From: Octopus sinensis
Taxonomy: Eukaryota
DNA length: 64,000 bases
Assembly: GCF_006345805.1 (NCBI RefSeq)
Contig: NC_042997.1
Span: 117,738,001 to 117,802,000, forward strand
Reading direction: 5' to 3'
Part shown: one piece after another, positions 1 to 11,500 of the stretch
How positions within the stretch are numbered: position 1 is the first letter of the stretch
Layout: each line of letters opens with the position of its first letter
Notes under the pieces: model-generated
What the model was told of the DNA's origin: nothing
The model's input: the letters and a program-made list of their open reading frames with translations, nothing else
Database searches by the model: none
Program-made: the position numbers and the translations under genes

Positions 1-32
1 GCCATACAGTTGCACTTAACCACAAAACTTAC

Positions 33-168
33 CAAACTGCTGTATAGCTCTATCTGCACTCCAAGGTAATTCCAATGTTATATGAACTCTTCTCTTTTGA
101 TTCCGAGCTCTTCGATCGGCTTGAAGTGAAATTCCTGAACTGGCAGCTTCAGATATGATAGCAATGTT
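33..168 (-). CDS. SBNO1: SBNO1 exon S: [45 protein letters not shown](G)
   Basis: ttattcag|AAC acceptor, G|gtaagt donor, 136 nt; helicase-C-like motif. The gene continues beyond position 1. Confidence 0.96.
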
Positions 169-3100
169 CTGAATAAATAAAAGAAACAATATCACTATCA
201 TACAAGCACTGCTTTTGAGAAATGGATAATTAGGAATCCTTATTCTACTACAGAATAATAATTTTATCAAGATATCAAATTTCATCCAGTACAGTTACTT
301 GGTTGAAAGTTCTAAAACTGTCCCCAGTCAATAGAAGAATGAGAAAATAAACATATCACTTATATAGACATTGAGGCGATGTGATATATTGGACTGAGGA
401 TCACAAGACTGTGGTTTCGGTTCCTAGACTGGGTGACACATTATGTTCTTGAGCAAAACACTTCATCTCAAGTTATTCCAGTTTACTCAACTGGCAAAAT
501 CAATAATCCTGCAATGGACCGGCATCACTCCAAGAAGATATGCACCACAAAAACCAGCTCTATGAAACCATGCAATCATGAGCATAACACTCTAACCGCT
601 AGGCCAAGTGTCCTCACGTAATACACTAATAATATCAAGGGTTCAAAATTTGGCACAAGAAGGGTAATTTTGGGAGAGAGGGTAAGTTGATTACATCAAC
701 CTCAATGCTCAACTGGTACTTATTTTATCAACCCCCAAAACGATGACAAGCAAAGCCAACCTTGGTGGAATTTGAACTCAGATCAAAAAGATGGACAAAA
801 TGCTGCCTGGAATGCTAATGATTCTGCCAGGTCACCACCTCAATAATTCTACTATAGGCACAAGGCCTGAAATTGTGTGTGTGTTGGGGTGGGGGGGCTA
901 GTTGATTACATTGACCCAGTATATAGCTGGTACTTATTTTATCGACCCTGAAAGGATGGAAGGCATAGTCGACCTCGGCGGAACTATGACTGTAAGGACA
1001 GACGAAATGCTGTTAAGCATTTTGCCAGGCGTGCTAACAATTCTGCCAGCTCGTCGCCTGAAAAATGAATTATTTCATTTTGCCACAAGGGCAGCTTGTG
1101 GGGAGATGGAGATGACTCAATTACATCTTTCCCAGTGCCCAACTGGTTCTTATTTTATTGACCCTGAAAGTATGAAAGGCAAAGTCAATCTCGGTGGAAT
1201 TTGAACTCAGAATGTAGTAACAGTGAAATATCACTAAGCATTTTGCCTGGCATGCTAACGATTCTGCCAGCTTGCCACCTTAATAATAATCATTTCTATT
1301 CTAGGAACAAGGCCTGAAATTTTGGGGGAGGAGTGTCAGTTGATTAGTTTGACCCCAGTATGCAATTGGTACTTAAGGCAAAGTTGACCTTGGTGGAATT
1401 TGAACTCAGAACGTAGCGAAAGACGAAATACCACTAAGCATTTCGCCTGGCAGGCTAACAATTCTGCTAGCTCACCGCCATAATAATAATAAAATTAGTA
1501 AGACATTAAAAAGGATACATAGAAAATGGCAATGGTGCTTGATTTGGGGAACAGAGCAAAAGGAGTTTGGTTATTTTTTTTCTTGCTTATGAAAGTAAAA
1601 TAGTATCAGAGGTATGTTAAGTAATGTCAATCATACCTTTTCACCATCCATGAAGCGTTGTTTTTCTGTGAGATTTAAAATTTCAAGTGGAACATCCAGT
1701 TCACTTCTTGATTCATAACACACAGCACCATCTTCATTAGTCACGACTCTCCCTTTCCGACCTGTCATCTGAAAATATAATTGAGCAACTTTACTAAGGA
1801 TCAGTTCATATGAAGAGAAGAATATTGCAAAATTAAAAAAAAAACAAACAAATATCTCATAACTGATCAATTATTTCCAACAGTGCAACCCACTATATAA
1901 AAAATAAAAATAAAATACAGCAAACGAAGTGCCCCAGTATGGCCATAGTCCTCAGACTGAAACTTGAAGTGCAAAAAAAAAAAAAAAATTATTAGAAAGA
2001 ACATAAGGAGAACAGAGTATCCCTTGGCCTCCCCGTCAGTGAAGAGTGCAACTATCCACATGAGCAGAAGCAAATTGCAGAATTCAGTGAATTCCAGCTC
2101 CTGGATCCCATCATTCTAAGGTTCTATCTGGCCAAGTGGCTGCAATATAACGGTGTTGCTCATTGCCATCACCTTTTATCTTCCTTAGTCAAATATTAGT
2201 GAAGATGATTTGACAAACTGCACCAAATTATAGCCATATTCCAGGTAAAAATAAAGCTCCTACTGTACAGCATTCCTCTCTATTTAGGATCATCACAATC
2301 CACAAAGTAGACTGTACGTGGTTAATTTGCTAGAAATGGCAGTCAAATCTCCTTCAAATTGCAATCTAGTGTCTTGAAAAAGAGAAAATACACTGAACAA
2401 TGCAGACTTAGATATACTGTCTGAAAAAAAAAAAAAATGATCGATCAGTCTGATCAATTTCTTATTCAAAAGACACCTACAATTTAACAACAGCCGCCTC
2501 TCAAAACTTAACCCATTGCCTGCCATGAGCCCCATTTGGGGATCTGCTAAAAACAGTCTCACTGCCAGTTGTTCATTGTATTTAAAGTGAATTGCTTATG
2601 AACATTGCATTTGCAGAGGTGTGTTTAACAATATTTAGTAGTTAAAGTTTCTCAATATTAGCTCTGGCTAGCTCTAGAGGATATTTTAAGCCATAAATTG
2701 CAATTTTTGAACTACAAAAATATTGACCGTTTTGAAAACTTCTTTTTTTTTCATTTCCCATCTATATCATTGATTGATACGTCATACACATTTGCATTTG
2801 ATACTATAGTTTCAAAAAACTAAAATGTTTATTATTGCAATTGAACAGAAAAGGATAAATATGCTGTCATAATTTCCAAAAGAATTCACATGTGAAGAAA
2901 ATTTAAATACAATTTATTATTTTAACCCCTAAGACACTTGGCAAAGCCAAAAAACATGAATAAAAAAAATTGGCAGTTAAAGGGTTTATGAAGTAGAAAA
3001 CATTTTATTAACTTACTTCGGCTACATTTTCAGGACCCCCAAGTTCATCAATTAAATGATCCAAAGTATTTGGGGGAAGAATATCTGATAGTTTCTCAAT

Positions 3101-5234
3101 ACTTTCCAGCAATTCTCTTTTCATAGCAATAGCTTTGTCAATGCTATCCATACCAACTGCAATGAAAATAACATCTCATTTATCATCTTCAATTCACAGA
3201 ATAACAATAAAATAACAAGAGAATTTGGAGAGTGCAAACCTCTACCAAGGCAACACCAACGTCCTCTCAACGATTAGCCAGAAATGAATTTTAGAATGAG
3301 AATATCTGAAATATACTCGACTGCTCTTACAAATGAAAATACTAAAAATGAACCTGACCACCCTCAAAAATTAAGTAAAAAAACTAAAAAAAAAACAGGA
3401 AAAATAATCCAGAATCCTTGTCCAGAACTGGATCGATCCCAAAATCTAATCAGTTTGTGCCAGTCGTGAGGCTGAACATCATTGAAAGTTTCATCCAAAT
3501 CCATCCAGCGGTTCTTGAGATATCTTGACCATGGACAGACAAACAAACGTGACTGAAAACAATACCTCTGCCCTCACATGTGCACTGTGTTCTCGTATTG
3601 AACCAGATGATGAAAGTATACACAGCCCTATCTGCTGCAGTTTTGTGCCTGTTTGGGTACCAACTGATATAAATATCTATCACTCACGGAATTGATAATA
3701 GAGGCCACCATGCAAATTACAAGGAATCTGAAAGGTTTGTTAGACCCTTCATGTAAATATTTCCAACTCAGTTTGTGACTTCATCACCATAATAGTATAA
3801 AGCAGCAGTTTTGGCAGTTACACCACCATTTCCACTATTATGACTTCCTATCAAATTCACACACGTTCAGCAAATCCTTCTGGTCCTTCACAGAATTTCC
3901 AGTTGCATCCAGCCATGCCAGTTTCATTGAATTTACAGTCCTCGCAGTGATGACAGTTTACATAAATAAGTAGTGCATGCTTTAAAGTGCTTGACACAAA
4001 TATACGCCAAACCATTGTCATGCGCTAATTGCTGATCTTGCCAAGATGATTACCATCAGTGCAACCTAATTGCCTGATAAAAAACCAATGCCAGGGGAGA
4101 CCCTTCTGTATCACCAGCAGGTATATCAGGGTCTCGAGCATTTCCCCACTCAGCCTGTATGCTTCACCAGAGTGGGGGCACTGAGGACTGTATAGTCTTC
4201 ACCTGTAGAAGAGTTCCACTTGCAGTCTCTTATCTTAATTACTATAACAACAGAATTGAAGAAAAATGCTAACAGTTTGAAGACTTACTGGTATTGTTGA
4301 ATAAGGAAGAATGGTTACTGTCAGTAGACAATGAGTTACTTTTCTTCAATAATCCCACAGCAGCTAAAGCTTTATCAAACTGAGCATCTTCATCCTCGTC
4401 GTCATCGTCTTCCACTTTGTTATTCTTATGCTTCTTGCTTTTCTTGGACTTTTTCTTCTTTACTTTGTTTTTAGATTTAGCCTTTGACTTCTTTAACCAA
4501 GGATCTAGGAAAAATAAAAACAAAATAATTTATATTACAAGAAACTCTGTTTTCTGGTAGCCAGGCTAGGACACTCCCAACATGTCAGCTTCTATAAAAT
4601 ATGAGAAAGCATCAAACAAACAAATTTCTTAGCAAGCAATAATTTGTAGGTATGGCTGTGTGGTTAAGCTTGCTTTACACCCATGTGGTTCTGGGTTCAA
4701 TCCCACTGCACACCAAAGAATTGTAAGTGGATTTTGGCAGACAGAAACTGTAACAAGCCTCTCTTATGCATACATGCAACATCATCATTTGCCTATTTTC
4801 CATGCTGGCATGGGTTAGATGGTTGACAGGAGTTGGCAAGCAAGAGAGCTGCACAAGGCTCAAATTATCTGTTTTGGCATAGTTTCTACAGCTGGATGCC
4901 CTTCTTAATGGCAACCAATTTACAGAGGCACACCAATGCTATTTATGTGACACCAACGCCCACAAATTTGCAGCTGAGCGGGATATACATATCACTGCTA
5001 TGATGTTAAACTGTCGTATATGCAAATTTGGCCAAATACATTTTTTGCAATATTAACTTTTGCTTGCTATAGCCAGTTCCTTTGGTCAAACTATCATATT
5101 TCCAGCTGCCTTAGATGCCAAGATATGAAAAATTGTCAAAGTGTAGCACAACAGTTTTGCTATGGAATAGTGGAACTATTGTTCTGCTTTCTGAAAAAAC
5201 AACATTTTGGACTTAAACACTTTTGCATAATAGC

Positions 5235-5269
<35 letters not shown>

Positions 5270-5554
5270 CACACACAGAGTTTCTCTCATATATACTAAT
5301 TTTGTTGTGGGTGCATCATCATCATCATCGTTTGTCCGCTTTCCATGCTAGCATGGATTGGACGATTTAACTGACGGCTGCACCAGGCTCCAATCTTGTA
5401 GAAACTCTGCCAGATCAAGATTGGAGCCTGGTGCAGCCATCTGGTTCGCCAGCCCTCAGTCAAATCGTTCAACCCATGCTAGCATGGAAAGCGGACGTTA
5501 AACAATGATGCACACACAACAAAATAAGTATATATGAGAAAAACTCTGTGTTTA

Positions 5555-5587
<33 letters not shown>

Positions 5588-8500
5588 GTCCCTGTCTTGA
5601 TATTAGCATATTTGTGGTTAACAAAATCACTTTTCATACAAAAGTAGTGTCTAAAAACAAGTCCAGCCATTGAGCTGCTTGTGTTTGAAGGACTAGGAGA
5701 AATAATACCTAGCTTGGAAACAGAGGAGGGTTAATGACAGCAAGAGCATCCAGCCTTAGTAAATCTCCCTCATCAAGTTTCATCTGAACCACGCATGGAA
5801 AAATGGACATTAAATCAATTTCAACCTTTTTTTTTTAATAATGGCAAAATTTTAGCTTCCTATAGAAGTTGACACATTTCTTACCTTCATCACTGTCTGA
5901 GCCACTACCAAATGGATTAAAATCATCACTAGATTCGGACTCAGAAGTCTCACTTAGACTTAAACTTATATCACTGCTGTCTGAACTGGAATCATCAGAA
6001 AAGTCTGTCTTTTGACGTTTTGCATTCCCATCTTGATTGTTCCCTGAAATAAAACAAGAAATAAAGCAATGAGAAAAGCTAACCAATAACAAGTGGCCAG
6101 GGGTCAGCCTGTAAAATTGAAACAAGTCTACATCAACCACATATTGACACACCAAATAGTATTATTATATTCTATTTCTTGCCAACATTTCTACTGAAAG
6201 TAAGACTAAATTAAAAACGATAACCTCATGATTATATCTTTTACTTGTTTCAGTTACTAGACTGCAGCCATTCTGAAGAATTTTTAGTCAAATTGATCGA
6301 TCCCAGTATTCCCCTATTCCTTATTTTATCAAAAGCCTCATTATCACCATCGTTTAACGTCCGCTTTCCATGCTAGCATGGGTTGGACGATTTTGACTGG
6401 CGAACCAGATGGCTGCACCAGGCTCCAATCTTGATCTGGCAGAGTTTCTACAGCTGGATGCCCTTCCTAATGCCAACCACTCCGAGAGTGTAGCGGGTGC
6501 TTTTACGTGCCACTGGCACGAGGGCCAGTCAGGCAGTACTGGCAACGACCACACTCAAATGGTGTTTTTTACGTGCCACTTGCACAGGAGCCAGTCCAGC
6601 GACGCTGGCAACAACCTCGCTTGAATGTTTTTTAAACGTGCCAGTAAGGCGACGCTGATAACGATCACACTCAAATGGTGCTTTTTACATGCCACTGGCA
6701 CAGAAGCCAGTCAGCTGCTCTGGCAATGATCACGCTCAGATGGTGCTCTTAGCACTCCACTAGCACGGATGCCAGTCTAGAATTTGATTTCAATTACTTA
6801 CTTTATCAGTCTCTATTGTCACTAAGTTATAGGAACATAAACACACCAACACCAGTTGTCAAGTATACAGCACCATATGTTTCTCAGTCCTATATTGCTT
6901 GAAACTCCACAAATTAAATCACCCTTTTACATTAGTTTTTAAGAGAGTTGTTATGATTCCCCTAATTCAAGGGAGAAAACTTCCTCCCATTTACACAAGT
7001 TTATATTTAGAAAAAGAATCAAAATCACTTTTCTTCAGTTTTCTATCTCTTCAGAAACACCCAACAAATCTGAAAGGATACTGGAATCAACAGGATTTTG
7101 CTGATGTTGGATTAAAACAGAGAAATGCTTTTACTGATGTGTCTAGACTTTAGGGTCATAAAGTGTATGAGAGAAAAAAAGACAATTCTCTATCTAGCAG
7201 GGAATTTATTTTCTGAAGTTGAAGTCTTCAATAACAAATGTACTTTAAAACCACATTTTGAAAAAAATACATTAAAATTAGAATTAAGAACTTTCTATAG
7301 TGTTGACAGTAATTGCTTTATTTTAGTTACATACTCCAAAACTAATTAATAGGCAGCTTTCTTTATTACTGTATAAATTCTGTAACAATTGTTAACATAA
7401 ACCTCATGTTGCTGGATTTTTGTCATTTGGGGGGGGGGGGGGTCATTTTCTATCAAAACTTTCATTGAAAAATAACAATTCATTCAAGTGACAGCTTATT
7501 TGATGATATAATCAATGAGAACCAGAGTAATATATCTATAACTTCCAGCAGATATGATGTCCAAATTCAATTGGATTTTTTTTTAAGTGACTTGGCTAAA
7601 ATAATACCAGAAACCCTGAACCATTAACCAATGTTCTTTGTCCAGAAATGCTTTAAGGACTTAATTTTTACATCATTTTCAACCCCTCACCTTTTTTAAT
7701 TGATTTACTGAACTACTAATATTTGTATCACAGTAAACTTATGCTGCATGACCAGGACATTGTACTAAACAAATCAAACACAGATAGATTTATTACCACA
7801 TAAGTTATGTCGGTATCAAGAATACAATATGGCAATGCTTTTACTAGTGTGTAGCCTAACCAATTTGGAAAATCTGCTACTTGGGCTTCAACACCTGTCT
7901 GCTTACAGACTAGTGAGGTTTAAACTGCCTAGAAAAATCTATCAAAAAGACCATAATAGAAATAAAAACATGCAACAGATGAAGAATTTAGGCTTTGGAC
8001 TTGTCCCAATTCATAAAGACTTGTAATTTAGAAACAGCATGAATGCTTTAATTGAACAGGTTTCTAACACAAGTAGTTTTAAAATATGGTAAATGCATGA
8101 AAATCATAAAATAATTTCAGAATTATTTAATAATAAACCTTCTTATTATAGACATAAGACCTGAAAATTTGTGAGAAGCGGGTTGCCAGTTACATCAACC
8201 CCAAATCACAATTGGTACTTATTTCATCGACTCCAAGAGGAAGAAAAGCAAAGTCGATCTCGGCAGAATTTTAACTCAGAATGTAAAGTCAGAAGACACA
8301 GTGCTAAGCATTTTGTCTGGCGTGCTAACAATTCTGCCAGCTCACTGAAGCAGTAATAATAATCCATGCAATAGCACTCATGGCTTCTAATCTTAACTGA
8401 TCGAATGTGTTAAAATGTACATAGTTTGTCTTGGTATAAAAGATGGGCTAAGGCTAATATTCTGCTCAATATCACAGATTTGCTTGACCTTAAACCAGTC

Positions 8501-11500
8501 GAGCATGTCCCTTAGTGGTTGACAATATGTGCATCTCTGACCATGAGCAAGAGTAGTGGGGGATCATCATAGCCATGTATTGACAGGGATTCTTTGGGGT
8601 TTGAATTATTCACTCCTGGCAACGTGGGTGTTTCATTTATCATCCATAATCCTTATTCAGGTAGATTGGGCTACTTGACTTGAAGAAAATTCTAACTGGG
8701 CCCCACATGTAAGGTCATGCGCTGTTTTATCTTGATACGAAATCACCATGTTGCACACACATGGTTGTAATGCATATGCCTGGGGTACCCTTATCAGACA
8801 AGTAGTTATGATGGGTTTATTGGGCTTTATATATTTGTACCCCAACGCCACTTTGGTGGCAGGCTGCACTCTCACTCAAAAATAATTATAATGATGGTAA
8901 TAATAATAATCTTTTCTATTCTAAGCACAAGGCCCGAAACTTTTGGGGAGTGGGAGCCAGTCGATTAGATCGACCCCAGTACGCAACTGGTACTTAATTT
9001 ATTGACACCGATAAGATGAAAGGCAAAGTCAATCTCAGCTGAATTTGAACTCAGAACATAAAGACAGTCGAAATACCGCTAAGCATTTCGACCAGTGTGC
9101 TAATGTTTCTGCCAGCTCACCACCTTGGCAGTGGCAGCAGTAGTTGTAGTAGTAGTAATAATTATAATAATAATACCTTTCTTTCTTTTCATATTACTGT
9201 TCAAACTGGAACCATTATCTGAAAAACCATCGCTCTTACATCCTCCCAGATTGAGGAAATCCATTGTTTTTCGCCTGTCAGGTGCAGGAAAGTGTTTTTC
9301 GACTAATGTTTGGAAAACACCTCTGAAATATTGAAGTAAAACAATTTAGTTAGTATTACAACTATTTATTTCACTGTTGTTTATATCGTAGAAAGGTAAC
9401 AGACACCCAAATCAAAAGTCAAACTGACTTTTGACATTTGTTCTGTCTATAGCTAAATCAGGTCATCAAGTTAATAACCATCACTTGTAAAAATCACCAC
9501 AATTCAAACACATTCTGAACCATTCCATTCATTCTATCATTGCATAGTTTAGTGTCAATTAATTTACTTCTCTCATCTCCTTGGTGACACTCAGCATCAC
9601 TTATTCATAAGACAGACCCAAACCACCTTTCATAGACGTGAACATTGTGCATATTTCACTCTCGCCCCTGTAAACCCCTTAAGTGCAATATCCATGCAAC
9701 ATTATTACTACCCTTGCCAGCTCAAGTAACAACTCCTTAATCCAGGGGTTCTCAACCATTTTTTTTACTTATGGACACCTTTGGTTCTTATTTAACTTGG
9801 GTGGACCCTCATAGCCATTCAATGTTCAAAAAATCCTATTTTATTTTTATACTTAAATATTATTAGGATTTGTATAAAATTATTAAAAAAGGGGTTTCAG
9901 GGAATAGCATCCCTGCCTTCCTCAGCTAGTTTTCCCACATTTCTTAAAAAAATTGTGGTAGAGGCCTTGGTCTTGGGACCACTCATGTCTAGAAACTGAG
10001 GTTGGGGGGTAAGCAAGGGCGTGCTGCCCATAGAAAATCCAGCTCCAAAAAAGCCTCACCATAGCTAAAGAGAATGGGCACCAGCCAGCTGAAAGGTTGG
10101 GGTGGGCTGCACCTGCCTGCCTCGGTTGCTATGGCATTGAGGTAGATCCGGCCACCCACTTTAACGAGGACAAAACCCAGATTTAAAACATTGGATGATG
10201 ATAAAAGTAATCGTTAAAATATTTTGTGTACTGTAGACAAATCACTAATTTATTGCACATAAACGTTACTGGTCTAGGCCCCTAAAAAATTACTGTGGAG
10301 CCCTAATTTACTATATTGCATCTATGGACCCCACAAAATCTTACATGGGCCCTGGCTGAGAACCCTTGTCTTAATCCTTTAGCATTCAGATTACTTATTT
10401 ATTCACATTGTTGTATTTTGGGAACTTTTTTTTTTCTTTGCTCATGTGTTAATGTTTCAGATTTGCCTGAGTTTTGCTGAAAATGTTCCAAACTTGGAAT
10501 TATGATCTACATCGTGTTGGCCTTTAAGATTTCACCTGTAGATCATAATTCCAAGTTTGGAACATTTTCAGCAAAACTCAGGCAAATCTGAAACATTAAC
10601 ACATGAGCAAAGAAAAAAAAAAAAAGTTCCCAAAATACAACCAGTCCTGAACAGAAACAGATCTGTATGAGGCTTTTCAAATATGTATTTGGTTTACTTA
10701 AAGAGAACATCTATATTTCCCCATAGCTGATGCTTGCTTTCAAATATATAATTACAGATTTGCATATATAAAACATGTTTTGGGTATTCTGGACTATACT
10801 AGCATGATGATGATGAAATTGAGTTTATATATATAATATTAGGGAGTATAACTCCAAACTTATAGGGAAAAATTCAGTTTAGTATTAAATCAAATTTCAC
10901 AATATAAATATATAAAATATAAATTAGAGATAAAACCACTATTATGCAATTCAAACAATGATAGACATAAACCAAAACATAAATAACAAATAACATATAT
11001 TTTATTTGTTATGTTTTGGTTTAATGTCTATCATTGTTTGAATTGCATAATAGTGGTTTTATCTCTAATTTATATTTTATATATATATTGGATTAGATTG
11101 CCTGTGTCCAGTCTACTGCTGGACAATGGCCTCAGCACGTTCTCTCCACCAATCACAGTCTGTTGTGGAGGCTGTGAATTTGAGCTCGAGAACATACAGG
11201 TTTTGAGGATACTACTCTTCCACACTGGTTTGGCATGGCTTAGCAGAGGGATGGAGTTTTTATACCTTTACCTGGGTGTACTTAAATTCAGCTACATTAA
11301 CTCGGGGCTCAACTGGTGCTTATTTTATAGACTCCCTCCCCCACAAAAGGATGAAAGACAAAGGAGGCCCCAGCAGAATCTGAATCCAGAACATAAGGAC
11401 AGATGAAATATTGCTAAGCATTTCGCCCAGTATACTAACAATTCTGCCAGGTCACCTTGAACACACACACATATATATAACAGACACTTAGAAATTGTGT

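Noticed and set aside
2540-2620. Possible pre-miRNA hairpin (tgttcat/atgaaca)
   Set aside because: Only about 7 contiguous base pairs; too weak for a miRNA precursor.
6354-6624. Recurrent ORFs with '[18 protein letters not shown]' or '[12 protein letters not shown]' (dozens in the track)
   Set aside because: They are readings of the RTE 3'-UTR repeat and its (CAT)n tail, not genes.
7074-7081. Extra GTATCCTT U12-like donor (also near 1511 and 12165)
   Set aside because: Not at the end of any plausible exon and no matching branch point; expected by chance in AT-rich DNA.
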